Assembly: GCF_004010195.1 (NCBI RefSeq)
Contig: NC_057719.1
Coordinates: forward strand, 53,166,523-53,230,522
Length of the DNA stretch: 64,000 nt
DNA from: Chiloscyllium plagiosum
Lineage: Eukaryota
Direction of reading: 5' to 3'
Shown: positions 34,901 through 48,195 of the stretch, in pieces
Layout: each line of letters opens with the position of its first letter
How positions within the stretch are numbered: the first letter of the stretch is position 1
Notes under the pieces: model-generated
What the model was told of the DNA's origin: nothing
The model's database searches: none
The model's input: only the letters and a program-made list of their open reading frames with translations
Translations under genes and position numbers: made by a program

Positions 34901-36539
34901 TCTTTTTGTTACGTTATTATTAATTTTTTTCTGATTAACGCTGTGTATGAGCTCAATTGGTTCATCAAAATTTGTGTGCTAACAGGATTGAAGAATGCAT
35001 CTGGCATTGAGCATATCGTGAATTGTGGTTTTCTGTAAAATGGGTAAAACACCTTGAGAGTTATTACTTCTTACAGTGCAATATTATTAATGCACTTCCC
35101 ATACGTTACAATCCAGAAATTAAATTTTGTAACTGTAATTTTAAAAAGAAATCATTTAAATAATTTATGCATTTTATAAATGCTTACAACTACATAATGT
35201 TGCAGCATCCAAATATTAATATATTCATCATTCATGGGAGAATTTAAAGACTGAGTTTTTAAATTATAAAAATATTAAATATTCTATGTTTATATAATTT
35301 TCAAATTAAAATAACATTTTATTAACACTGAATGCTCTGTGTGTGTCATTAATTAGACATATATTTGTTTTAAGTAATGTTGTTCTTAGTATTTTAAGTA
35401 ATTTTGTGTTAATTGATTGAATTGTAAGCCTTTTCAACTGAAAGGCCACTGGGAAAATTATACTGGGAAATATGAAAAAATATTACCTCCTGCAAACAGT
35501 GAGATGACAGTCACATACCATACCCTACATATATATTGTTAAAGTTGCTTCTTTTTTGACCAAATCTTTAGGCACACTTTCGGGGACCAACTATACACAC
35601 AATACAGTTGAGGGATGAAATGACCATTCTTACTTATTATAATGTGAAGATGAATACTGTGTTGCCTGAATATTTTAACAAAGAGGGAACAAAGGGAAAA
35701 TAAATTCTTTTTTTTAGAAAATGGTAAAATGCAATTAGAGGTAAAGTAAATGCTGCCCCCTTTTTCCGAATGTATAAATAGAAGAAGGCGTGCCTGTCAA
35801 CCTTTGAGGAAAGGAACAAAGGAGAAAGATTTGCATTGTTCTGAGACAGAAAATTGAAGTGAGATGGGTTGGGGGGGGGTAAGTGGAGGCAGCTGAGACA
35901 AGGAGGGAGGTATGTGGAATCTAAATTGGCCTATGACATGGTGGTAGTGGCTGGAACAGGAAGGGGCAGTACCCTGCTCACTCTCGCTGTTACTGGCATG
36001 AAACCTCTTCCCTTTGGGATTATCCAAGGAGCCCAGGCTGCTCCACTGTGAAGCAGGTGGAGTCGTTGAGAAGAACAATGACACCAATGATCTTTTAGTA
36101 ACATTTTGCTGTTGGAATTTTCTTTACATGTTCCAGATCTTTGGTGTCATTCTGCACCCAAGGTTTTTTCATGTCTTACTTACTGTTTGAATGAAATGAT
36201 ACACATTTCATTTCCATTTATATACTACAATTCCCAAGTCAGCAGTTCGTCATATTGTTGCCATAATATTGAAAACAGCACATTGGGCTGAATTTTATAA
36301 AAAATCAACTAAGTGCTTAATTGGGAAGATTTGTGAAGGGTTTCTTCTGCTCAATTCATTATGTATGCACCTTGTCTCAGTGGTGCCACTTTCAAACTAT
36401 CTTATGCCTACCAACTGTGCAATTTTGTCCATTACTGGGACCTCCAAGAATTATGTGTTGCCAGTGTCATGCTTGTTGCCAAATTGTGCACCACGTCAAT
36501 CACTGCCCGCCAGAAAGGAAATAAAAAGAATGCCTTCAA

Positions 36540-37492
36540 GAGCACAGATGATGCAAAGATAGGTAGAGGGATAGGTAGTATTGAGGAGGTGAGGAGGCTG
36601 CAGAAGGATTTGGATAGGTTAGGAGAGTGGACAAAGAAGTAACAAATGGAGTATAACATGGGAAATTGTGAGGTCATGCATTTTGGTAGGAAGTATAGAG
36701 GCAAGGATGACTTTCCAAATGTGGAGAAAATTCAGAAGGCTGAAGTACAAAGAGACTTGAGAGTTCAAGTCAAGGTAAACTTGCAGGTTGAATCAGTAAT
36801 TTGGAAGGTAAATGCAATGTTGACATTTAATTTGAAAGACTTGAATATAAAAACAGGGATGTACTTCTGAGACTCTATAAGGCTCTGGTCAGGACACATT
36901 TGGAGTATTTTATGCAATTTGGGCCCCACATCTCAGAAAGGATGTACTGGCCCTGGAACAGGTTGAGAGGAGATTCACAAGAATGATCCCAGAAATGATA
37001 AGCTTAACACATGAGGAACATTTGAGCACTCTGGATCTATACTTAATGGTATTTAGAAGGATTGGTGTGGGGGTGGGGGTGGGGCGGTGGTATTGCATGG
37101 GGAGAGGAATCTAATTAAAAACTACAGAATACTAAATGGCCTGGACAGAGTGGATGCTGAGAAGATATTTCCATTGGTAGCAGAGACTAGGATCTGAGGG
37201 CACAGCCTCAGAGTAATGGGGAGACCTTTCAGAACAGAGATAAGGAGAAACGTCTTCAGCAAGAGAATGGTAAATCTATGGAATTATCTGCTACATAAGG
37301 CTGTAGAAGCCAGTTTATTGAGTATATTTAAGACAGAGATAGATAAGTTGTTGAGTATCAAGGGAATCAAGGGTTACAGGGAGAAAATGGGAGAATGGGG
37401 TTGAGAAACTTATCAGCCAGCCATGATTGAATGGCAGAGCAGACTCGATAGGCTGAATGGCTCATTTCTGCTCCTGTGCCTTATGGCCTTAC
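36540..37492 (+). mobile_element. CR1 LINE 3' part
   Basis: TDDAKIG..LQKDLDRLGEW, MEYNMGNCEVMHFG, FRTEIRRNVFSKRMVNLWN; tail GGCTGAATGGC..CTGCTCCT. Confidence 0.9.
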
Positions 37493-38974
37493 AGAATAGC
37501 ACTCTGCTGGAAACAGAAACTCACACCCAAGTTTATTGCCACTTTACATCATCACCTGTCTGATTGACTATCATAGTAATTACAGCTACAGGAATAAAAA
37601 TATACACACTCCCTGTCCTTAGTACCATGTCATTTTTGAACTTTGTATAAGAGAATGCTACTCTTTCCCTAATGCCCAATGTGGCATAATATATTGTCAC
37701 TCTTCAGGACTGATTGTGGAACACACGGACCTAATATTGTCCCAAGTTGTTGTGTTCATGCCACTAGACTGATACCTAATGGTGTTATTAATTTACTGTC
37801 CTGGTACCCTCCCAAGTGATGACAGTGCACTCAACTTAACTAAGGACTACTTTCCTTTGACTTTTCAACATGGCCAATTCGTTGAAGCACATTCAATGTA
37901 TTTTCCACAGAAGCTGCTGGCACATGATGTGGGTGTGATCTTGACTTAGCCCTCTTGACTGATCACTGCTGGAAAATGTGACACATTGCCAACTTTGATT
38001 CTTGGTTAAGCGGCAAGGCATTATGGAAATATGGGGCGCTTGTAAGTTTTGAATGATAGAACGAGATGCAAAAATGCAAAGCAAGGCAAGGTAGCAATGC
38101 TGTGACCATCCGAGTAGGCACAGAATATGCAGGTGCTAAGAGAGGTAGTGAAGAGCCTTGAGATGCACCCTGCTTCAATCCTGAGATGGGTAGATATCCC
38201 TGTGTGCAAAGCAGCAATAGCTTCACAATACAAGGTGGCGGTGCACTCCAGCATGCAGCACTGAAGTGGATAACTGTATTACATGAGTTGAAGATGCGCC
38301 AAGTTAAAGTATTAATGCTGGTAGGTGGCTGACATCAATATTTGTGTTAAGAGCTTGAAGCTGGTCACTGTCTATAGAGTATGCCCTGAGATGTTGGGGA
38401 CTTTTGTCCAGGTTGGAGAGCAAGCAGTGAGCTGGAGCCGGTGTCACCCTCTGGTTTCTCTCTGTTGTGGAGAATAGCAAACTGCATATCAGTTGCGAGA
38501 ATAGGTACTGAAATGTTAAAGATTGCAAATGATGAGCAAGATTCTCTTCTTGCCATTCCAACCTTGGTTGCAGATTTGCACTTTTTTTTCTCAACGTTGA
38601 GAATCTCATTTTCGCAATCTCGCCATGTGACCCCAACTGACTCACTATTGCATGTGCAAGAACTTGCTGTTCAAGAACTAGAAATTTTCAGTCCATTGTT
38701 CCGTAATACTTCAAAAATGAGGTTGACTTATCCATATAATATGTCAAATATTAAGGGATCCTATGGCCATCTTTGGTTTCAACCTTTATACAAGGTTGAT
38801 TATTACTTGAAAAATATTGCCATGCCTTGTTCCTCACTATCTCTCTCCTTTTATTACTTGCTGTTATGGAGTGAAAACTCAATTGCATGTTTTCTTTAAT
38901 GCGATACATCAAGTGCTTTACCCTGATAAAATTGCTGCTCAGAACTGGAAAATGTTAGAGGTGCAACAATTACG

Positions 38975-39395
38975 TATGAAGTCAAAAGAGTGTGGTTCTA
39001 AAAAAGCACAGCAGGTTAGGCAGCATCCAAGGAGCAGGAGAGTTGGCGTTTCGGCCACAAGCCCTTCATCAGGAATGTTGGGTAGTGGGGGAGCGTGTAG
39101 ATACCCAAGGGGGCTGAGAGATAAATTACCTATGGAGGCAAGGGAGGAGAGAAAACAAAGGAGAGGCTTTGTGGTCAGGTGGGAGATTGGACTGATTACA
39201 TGACAGTGCAAGACAAAGAGAAATTGTAATTGGACAAATAAAGAAACAGAAACTGAGTCCAGATGAGGTGTAAAAACGAATGATTGCCAAACCTGCAGTG
39301 TATAAAACAAGGGGCTGAAGATTACGACCTGATAATGTTGAGCTAATGTTGAATGTGAGAAGTTGCAAAGGGCCAAATTAAAAGATGAGATTCTT
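38975..39395 (-). mobile_element. Penelope-like element terminal fragment with hammerhead core
   Basis: AAAGCACAGCAGGTTAGGCAGCATCCAAGGAGCAGGAG matches the 41.1 and 62.5 kb elements; minus strand CTGATGA-AGGGCTTGTGGCC-GAAAC. Confidence 0.7.
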
Positions 39396-39397
39396 TT

Positions 39398-40605
39398 TAG
39401 ATGTACAGCAAGGAAACAGACCCTTCAGTTCAACTTATCCACACTGACCAGATATCCCAAATAAATCTAGTCCCATTTGCTAGTATTTTGCCCATATCTC
39501 TCTAAACCCTTCCTTTTCATATACCCAGACTGATGCATTTTAAATGATGTAGTTGTACCATCCTCCACCACTTCCTCTGGCAGCTCATTCCATTTACACA
39601 CCACTCTCAGCGTGAGAAAGTTGCCCCTTAGGTCTCTTTTAAATCTTTCCCCTCTCACCTTAAACCTACAGTTTTGGACTCCCCTCATCCTGGCGAAAAG
39701 ACCTGATCTATTTATCCTATCCATGCCCCCTCATGATTTGATAAACCTCGATAAGGTCATCCCTCAGCCTCCAATGCTCCAGGGAAAACAGCCCCAGCCT
39801 GTTTAGCCTTTCCCTATAGCTCAAACCCTCCAATCCTGGCAACATCCCTGTAAATCTTTTCTGAACCCTTTCAAGTTTCACACCATCTTCCCTATACCAG
39901 GGAGACAAGAATTCCCTGCACTATTCCAAATGTGGCCTAACCAATGTCCTGTACAGCCACAACATGACCTCCCAACTCCTATACTCGATGCACTGATCAA
40001 TAAAGGCAAGCATACAAATGCCCTCTTCACTATCCTAATTATCTGCAACTCCACTTTCAAGGAACTATGAACCTGCACTCCAAGAGCTCTTAGTTCAGCA
40101 ACGCTCCCCAGGACCTTACCATTAGGTGTATAAGTCCACTGGTTTGCCTTTTCAAAATGCAGCACCGCACATTTATCTAAATTAAACTCCATCTACCACT
40201 CACCGGCCCGTTGGCCAGTCTGATCAAGGTCCAGTAACATAACCTGAGGTAACCTTCTACGCTAGTTCTCCCTGTATTCCATGTGATCTAACATTGCTAA
40301 TCGGTCTCCCATGGGGAACCTTGTTCAACGCCTTATTGAAGTCCATATAGATCATGTCCACCAATCTGCCCTCATCAATCCTCTTTGTTACTTCTTCAAA
40401 AAACTTAATTTATCCACTTTTATGCATTTTAAGCTGTCCAGCACCTCCTCCTCTGCCATTTGGACATTTTTCAAGGTACTGCTATTTATTTCCCCATATT
40501 CTCCATCTTCCATATTCCTTTCCACAGTAAACATTGATGCACAATTCTCATTTCGTAACTCCCCCATCTTTTGCAGTTCCACACATAGGTGTTCTTGCTG
40601 ATCTT
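39398..40605 (-). mobile_element. CR1 LINE 3' part with internal deletions
   Basis: Minus ORFs MEFNLDKCAVLHF, LERVQKRFTGMLPGLEGLSYRERLNRLGLFSLE, FKVRGERFKRDLRGNF. Confidence 0.92.
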
Positions 40606-40634
40606 TAGTTACCCTTGTGTCCTTGTGTCCTTGT

Positions 40635-41150
40635 CCTTGTCAGATCCACACCCCCCACCGACCCAACCTCCACTCCCGGCACCTTCCCTTGCAACCGCAG
40701 GAGGTGCAACACTTGCGCCCACACCTCCCCCCTCACTTCTCCCCAAGGCCCCAAAGGAAACTTCCATATCCGCCACAGATTCACCTGCACCTCCACCCAC
40801 ATCATCTACTGCATCCGCTGCAGCCGGTGTGGCCTCCTCTATATTGGGGAGACAGGCCGCCTACTTGCGGAGCGATTCAGAGAGCACCCGCCCGGCACTG
40901 CCTTCCTGACCTGCAGTCTTCTTCTTGACCTCTCCGCCTCCATCCTACTCCGACCTATCACCCTCACCTTGACCTCTTTCCACCTATCACATTCCCACCC
41001 CCCTCCTCCAAGTCCCTCCTCCCTACCTTTTATCTTCGCCTGCTGAACACTCTATGCTCATTCCTGAAGAAGGGCCTGTGCCCGAAACGTCGAATCTCCT
41101 GTTCCCTGGATGCTGCCTGACCTGCTGTGCTGTTCCAGCAATAAAGTTTC
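40635..41150 (+). mobile_element. Penelope-like element fragment: GIY-YIG endonuclease N-half, internal deletion, 3' end
   Basis: ORF 40615-41046 GTFPCNRRRCNTC..FTCTSTHIIYCIRCSRCGLLYIGETGRLLAERFREH; AATAAA at ~41140. Confidence 0.92.
41060..41095 (+). ncRNA. Minimal type I hammerhead ribozyme (Penelope-associated)
   Basis: ATTC-CTGAAGA-A-GGGC-CTGT-GCCC-GAA-ACGT-C-GAAT: stem I ATTC/GAAT, CUGANGA core, stem II GGGC/GCCC, GAAA, palindromic ACGT stem III, GUC cleavage triplet. Confidence 0.8.
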
Positions 41151-41959
41151 ATCCTTGTTATATTTGTCAAATCTCTTTGGATTCTCCTTAAACTATTTGT
41201 TTTGATTTGTCTTCATCTCTAACTTCTATTCAGAGTTGAAAAGATGATCAATTTGAAACATCATGTTAAATTTTGTGTACCTGATGGGGAGTCTAGAACA
41301 GGTTCAAACAGCCAGCTGAGTCCGACCATGTGGCAGAAGCTACTTATTGACTGTGAGGAGGACCAGAGGCAAGAGCACTGACAGAGCAGTTCAAATTTGC
41401 CACTGGTTATTGTGCTCTCATGACATTGATGGAGGTCTCAAAGCTGTTTCTGATGTCGCAGTCAAACAGATGATTGCTCCATGTTTCAGTGAACCCTGGC
41501 TACATGAACTCTTCCAGGTTTTTTTGAGAATGATACAATATTTTGTTTTCAGCCAGTGGTCACAAGAGATTCTTCCAGAAATCCCAGCAAAACTACAAGT
41601 GCATTGAGGAGACTGGGTCAATACAGGAAAAAAAATGACTGGCTCGCTCCACACTGAAAGGGCGAGTTAGACTGACAGACAGGCAAAATATTGAATTATG
41701 ATCAATGGATCACATGATTGTTATGCAGTTAATTAGACAGACATTGATGATTACACCGTGACTCCAATTACTTTCTTTATTGTTTTGAGTGTGTGTGTAA
41801 GCCTGTGTGAAAGTGAGTGAGAAAGTTGTGAAAGAGACAGGTACCAGCTCTTTCCTCTTTGGATCACCCACCTTCCATATGTTTGGGATAATGTCACCCT
41901 TTTCGAGTCAATCAGAGTTGATTGAGAGCAGTTGCTGCACATCGGACCTCATGGTTAGG

Positions 41960-42345
41960 GGTCTTCTGGTACAGTGTTAGTGTCCCTACTTCTGAGACAG
42001 GAGACCTGGGTTCAAGTCCAACCTGGTCCATATGTGTGTCATAACATCCCTAAACAATGTACTATAATAAAAATATATTTTAAAAAGACAACCAGAAGGT
42101 GTGGGCGCTTGTGGTGCAGTGGTAGCATCGCTACCTCTGAACTCAGAGATCCAGGTTAAAATTCAATCTGCTCCAAACATATGTAATAGTATCCTGGAAC
42201 AGGTTGGTTTGGAAACTGTCTACCTAACAGGTTAGTGACTCTTATGGCACAGTGGTAATTTCTGTATCTGGGAGCCAGGAGGTCAGAGTTCAAGTCCCAC
42301 CTGATCCAGATGTGTATAATAACATCTCTGTGCATGGTGAATAAA
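41960..42345 (+). repeat. Three tandem diverged tRNA-derived SINE-like heads (~140-bp period)
   Basis: Each has a box-A-like (GG.ACAGTG.TA) and box-B-like (GGTTCAAGTCC) segment followed by ATGTGT..ATAACATC; related single copy on the minus strand at ~46660-46760. Confidence 0.7.
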
Positions 42346-42719
42346 AAATATCTACAGTCTTTTTGGAGATGTGATTTGAGTGCCATCACTAGTGCTACTA
42401 GTTTGTCATTCAGGCTGTTTGAATGGAAGAGCAAGTTCTGGGCAAGAGGGAAAAAAAGGTCCAGAAGTGGAGTTGAGGAAACCAATGTATTTTCAGGAAG
42501 CTTTTGCCTTTTTGTTGCTGTGTTTGTTTGGAAGGAGAAGAAAGAGAAGAAGAAGAAGAGCCACAACAACATCAGAAGGGGGAAGTGGTGCTTTCTCTCT
42601 TTTCTTGAATCAAGTAAGAACTGATTGATTTAGTTCCCTCTCTTGTTTCTTCACTTTTTGTTGTTATTGTTGCACGGCATTGGTGGGCACTGTTTGCAAT
42701 TTGCTCAGTCACTTTGGTA

Positions 42720-43030
42720 GGTTTGTAAATTTTTTAAAAAGTCCAATCTGTGCTTCTCACTTGGCGCAAAAGGGGTGGATGGATGGGTGGAATAAGAGCA
42801 CCTCAATGTATGGACACTCCTGGACCCAGTTAAAGTAGCAATCAACAGGCCTAGGCAGGGACCCATGGAGGGGATCATAACTCCTGACTGCCAGCCTCTC
42901 TTTCATCTGTTCTTACGCCCACGCCTGGTTCTCCCTGGAAAGACAGAATGTGATATCTGCTGGTACAAATGAAGAATTTCGTGGTAAGTGAGCACAGCAG
43001 GGACAGAGCATATCATGCTCATCTGCTGTG
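42720..43030 (+). mobile_element. Old, diverged Tx1/L1-clade ORF2 3' fragment
   Basis: LLDPVKVAINRPRQGPMEGIITPDCQPLF aligns with LLGLAKLAINRSRQRAVEGVVRADCLPLF of the 14.6-16.6 kb copies. Confidence 0.7.
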
Positions 43031-45949
43031 ATATTTGTTTTCCCTTTTTTTTGCTTTTGGTCATTGTCATGAAACCTCAGGTGGGTGGTTTTTGTTTCTA
43101 ATTACTGGGTGTATTTAAGAAACGCATCTGGCTTTTTGTTGTCAGGAGCTGTCTTCTGGACAGGTCCAGAAGAGAAAAGTAGGAATTGGTACTTATGCTA
43201 AACTATAGATTTGTAATAAAACCCTTACAAACCTATGAAAGTATTTTTTCTGTAAAGGTCAATATATGGCTGCTGGCCTATGAAATAAAGGACATACAGG
43301 CATAATAACCCTTCAAGAAAGCAAGGGGAAGCCTAGTATTAAAGGTTTCTGGTTAGCATCATTGAAATCTAACTTGTTCTTTCCTCTGTCACTTTAGAGT
43401 TTGGCAATAAGTGCAGTATTCCAGCAGACACTTTTGGTTCTGGCATGGCATGGTTATTTTGGGGTGCAGTATTCATAAAGTAATTGGAGATGTGGCAGTT
43501 ATATCGACCACAGCTTTACTTTTCTTGGAATAGTTACTTTTACATTTCTGATAAAGTAAGCAGCCATTCATTTACTGAATCTTGATTTGTACATTATATT
43601 ACAAGCCAATTATCCCATTACTCACTTTTAGTATTTGATTGATTCATTCTCCAAACCAGATTACTGAATTTCTAGATCCAAACAACATTCTTGCATTTCA
43701 TTGCATATCAAACCCATATTTATTGCTCTTTACCCCAAATTAAAGTACTGAACTGATTTACACTTCACTAAGTCATAGTGAATGCAAAGAGAACTTACAT
43801 TATTTTTTATTGGTTTAGTAAAATGCTTCTGGATGAAATGATTCAAGTGGGTCAGTAATGTCGGATGCAATGCTAATATTTCATGCACTAGGCATCAACA
43901 ATTAGATAGTCACACCTAAAGGCTGCCTTCTAAATATTTTTCACTGGTCAATTAATGAAGTAAGTGCTATGTACGCTGAGATTGAAATTTGCAATAATTT
44001 AGCTTATTGACTTGTTCTTATAAAATTTAAAACTGTCCTTGATGTTTAGTTCTTTTATTTTCAATAAGTTAATACCATGTTCAAAAAAGTGATAATTAAA
44101 TGTTTAAAAATGGAATTTTAACTAATTAAGTATGATTATGAAACAAATGTAATACATAGCTAGATGTTTCATTTTTAAAAATGTAGTATTTAACCATATC
44201 CCTATGGGCAAACACATTAAATCTCAGACATACAAGTTATATCAGAAAGTGAATATATGATTGATGCTTCCAATGTTAAATGTGTCATGCATCACTTCTC
44301 AAATTTACACTTAGCAGTAACAAATGATTAAATAATTGCATTTTTCTTTGCATCTTTGGATTTCAGTTACTTATTTCTTAATCACTTACAAACATTTCAG
44401 TATCTTTTTATAGTCTCACCATTACCAGGTGCTCAATGATCAAGAACATGGGAGTGAAGAGCATTCAAACATTCAAAAACACAACAAAAGGTTTTTAAAT
44501 GTAGAAAAATGGTTTGTAACCTACCACAACCTATGTATAAACACGGTCCTCTGACACCACAGTATAACAAGCAGTTTGCTTAGAGCCTGTGAAGCACCTT
44601 AACCTATGATTGTATGGGAGAGAGTTTTGATGGTGCTGCACTGCCAAATTACCTGAAAGTCTGGTAGCACAGGGATTTGAACTCACATCTTCATAAATGT
44701 TCAAATCTAAAGCCAGTCTCATAGATCACTTAACCATACTACTATCGCTAAGGACTCAGCTCGTTATTTTTCTCACTGGGACAGACCTCAACATTTTTCT
44801 TTTTAAATAAACCCATGATGAAATTTACAACATGCAAGTTATGTGAATATACTTCCACAATTACCTGTTTTCAGCAAATCAACCTATTTTATATAAGAAT
44901 CCTGAACACCAAAACGTCCTTTTGCATTTTGAAAATATTCCAAGGCACCTTTAGAGTACTTAATCAGACAAAGAAATGAATGGACAAAATAAGATAAGAA
45001 TAGGCAAATCAAACTTAGTCAATGAGGTGGACTTTAGGAAGCATCTGAAAGGTGGAGTGAAATATAGGAAGGCAAAGAACTTGAGGGAGTGAACATTCTA
45101 AACGGTTTCTGTTTTTGACACAAAGCCAAGGCCCAGCCAGTTGAAGGCAAGGCCACCAATAACAGGGTGAAAGGAGTGGAAATGCAAATGAATTGAATCG
45201 GAGCATTTCAATGTTCCTGGATAATTGTAGGCTGACAAATGTTACAGAGGTAGTTTACACATAGTATCTAATAAATGAGCAGTCTGTACCTCAAAATCCA
45301 CCTCCCTTCAACTGAAAAGGTTTCTAGCAGAAAATAGTTGGGGATTGTTGTACAAATGTTTTTCTGTAGATCGCAGTTGAACAAGATTCCATTCACACAA
45401 TCATTGATGCTGTTCTTTTCAAGTAATATAGTTACAATTATTAGAATGAAGACCTCTTGCGAAACAACATTTCTGTTATTTGCCATCCATCCTCCTGATC
45501 AATCCCTGTGCTTATATCATAATTTCCTCATCATCTCATTAACATAGACATTGAACCCCCTTGCCTTTACAGAAAGAAGATTATGAAGCTGACAATGGAA
45601 AGGGTGGATACCTGTTTCAAAAAATATAGCAAAGAGGGAAACAGGGAAGCACAGAACAGCACTAACTCCCAGCTCTCTTTCCCTAAAAGACACTGCTTTC
45701 CTCATTATTACTACACACACATCCCACTCACCCCATGCATACTACCTCCACTTCACTGTGGCCACTCTCCCTGCTGCGCCCCCCCCAACCCCCACCACAC
45801 GTACACCCCAATCCTGAGCTAACCTATGAGAACTCGCTGCTTTGTGGTCAGCAGGGTATTGTTGGTTCGGGGGAGACCATCCGAAGAGGAAGTTCTACAT
45901 TTGGGAGTTGTTGGCCAATAAATTGGTTAGTAATTGGTAACTTTTAAAA

Positions 45950-46255
45950 AATTAATTCACAACATGAGGGTGTCGCTGGCTAGGCCAGCATTTATTACAC
46001 ATTCCAGAGGACAGTTGAGCATCCCCATCGCTGTGGGTCTGGAGTCACATGTAGGCCAGATCAGGTAAGGATGGCGGTTTCCTGCCTTAAAGAACATTAG
46101 TGAAGCAGATGGGTTTTCCTGATAATTGACAATGGATTCATAGTTATCTCTTAATTCGAGATTTTAATTAAATTCAAGTTCCAACACCTGCAGGATTAAC
46201 ACCCGAGTGCTGAGTACGCAGAACCTTACCTGGGTCTCTAGATTAACTAATGAGT
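45950..46255 (-). mobile_element. SINE with LINE-derived tail (decayed)
   Basis: GCTGGCTAGGCCAGCATTTATT end shared with the LINE end at ~57845; body GTCACATGTAGGCCAGA..CATTAGTGAA typical of shark SINEs. Confidence 0.6.
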
Positions 46256-47594
46256 ATCCAATGGGTACAAGGAACTCCCATAAGAAGGTTAGCCCACATT
46301 TGCCTTATGCCAGTATTGTGGTAATTAATTCGCCATGTAAGAAATTCAAAAGTCGAAAGTTCATTAGTCAGGCATGGATTAGGCTATATGGCAGTGTTAC
46401 TTATCTGTACATGATAGATAGCCAATTCAACAAATTAATGGTCGTATGTGGCGATTTCTTAGAGATTGCCTTGAATTTTCTAGTCAGTCGCCAGAACACT
46501 AGAGGCTGAGGCGTTCAATTTAACTTTGAGAATGCAGTATCCAGCTGGCAGGCTGAAAGGTCCTTCCTTAAGCCTGCCTGAATGCAGCAGCAGCAGCACT
46601 AGCTGCTTATGGAGGGTTCATCTCTCAAGGCCATTTTTTTATTTCAAATATTTTCTAATCACGCTGCTCAGAGACGTTACTACACACTGCTGGATCAGGT
46701 GAGACCTGAACCCAGGCTTTCTGTTTCAAAGGTAACTACCACTGTGCCACAAATGCCCTTTCTACCAATTCCCCAGCTCCCCATTTTTAATTTCACTCAC
46801 TGATCTATCACTGCATCCAGCTGCTGCTTTCAGGCTGAAGGGTTTCTTCATGGCTTTCCATGGTTAAGAATCTGCCCTCCATCCTTCATCGGACAGCAGG
46901 TTCACACTTGGGGCATTAGTTGGCCAAGCTGAAGAAAATCACAGTGAAAATAATGTTACTTCCCACAAAATTCAGCTTTCTGATCTCCATTTGAGCCTGA
47001 CAGCTGGGTTTAGATGCCTGCGGGGGATATTGTACGCTGTATAATCTATCTGATTGGGCGTCTTGTAAAAGTGTAAATACTTGTTGTTTGATAGTCACCC
47101 GTTATATAAGACTGTCTATTTTAATTTCCACTGTGGTATATAATGGACAGTCGCATTGACTTCAATTGTTTTATACGATCAGTAATATGTAAAGATAAAA
47201 ATACTGCCGTCATGTACCATGTGACAAGCATTGACTCATCATCATTAAAGAAAGCTGAAACAAGAAAAGGCCAATTAGTGTCAATAGCCTGCTCCATCTA
47301 GAATTAATTATGGTGATTTCTATCATGGACTCTCTACTTCCTTGTCTTCTATCTGCCACTTGTTCACCTTCTAGTTTAAGAAATATTAAACCATATGCTT
47401 TTTGCTTTTAGGTAAGGGATTGTTAATGTAATCACATTTTATGTATTTTAATCGCAGCAAACAAAAATGTCAATTATTAATCAGTTTTCTCTGATTCATT
47501 GTATAGAACTTACAGTTGGAAACACAGCTAAACAGGGTTCCAAAAATAGTTATGTTCATCTTATGCATTTTCAATGGATTAATAATCATTGACC

Positions 47595-47747
47595 GAGGAG
47601 GAGAAAGTGAGGACTGCAGATGCTGGAGATCAGAGCTGAAAATGTGTTGCTGGAAAAGCGCAGCAGGTTAGGCAGCATCCAAGGAACCTATCGCATTTCC
47701 AATGCCCCTCCCCCAAATCCCTCCTTCCAGCAACACATTTTCAGCTC
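47595..47747. mobile_element. Penelope-derived mini-element with inverted repeats
   Basis: 12-bp TSD TAATCATTGACC (47583-47594 / 47748-47759); perfect 23-bp inverted repeat GAGCTGAAAATGTGTTGCTGGAA (47633-47655 / 47725-47747). Confidence 0.85.
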
Positions 47748-47874
47748 TAATCATTGACCTATTCAAGTAATGGCCAAATAAGCAAAGTGGGAACAGAGAG
47801 GAAATTAGGTTAAGTAGCAATCTGACTTATTACTTTTGAAATACTTGTATTGTAATATCAGAAGTAAGTATTTG

Positions 47875-48195
47875 TTTTTTTTTAGATTAGATTAGATTAC
47901 TTACAGTGTGGAAACAGGCCCTTCGGCCCAACAAGTCCACACCGACCCGCCGAAGCGCAACCCACCCCTACATTTACCCCTTTAACCTAACAATACAGGC
48001 AATTTACCATGGCCAATTCACCTGACCCGCACATCTTTGTGACTGTGGGAGGAAACCGGAGCACCCGGAGGAAACCCACGCAGACACGGGGAGAACGTGC
48101 AAACTCCACACAGTCAGTCGCCTGAGTCGGGAATTGAACCCGGGTCTCTGGCGCTGTGAGGCAGCAGTGCTAACCACTGTGCCACCGTGCCGCCC
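47875..48195 (-). mobile_element. HE1-like V-SINE, full length
   Basis: Minus strand GGGCGGCACGGTGGCACAGTGGTTAGC (box A), GGTTCAATTCC (box B), V-domain GTGGAGTTTGCACGTTCTCCCCGTGTCTGCGTGGGTTTCCTCCGGG, CR1-like tail with (TAATC)n. Confidence 0.93.

Noticed and set aside
47875..48195. tRNA gene
   Set aside because: Box A/B belong to a SINE head continuing into a V-domain and CR1 tail; multiple copies in the window
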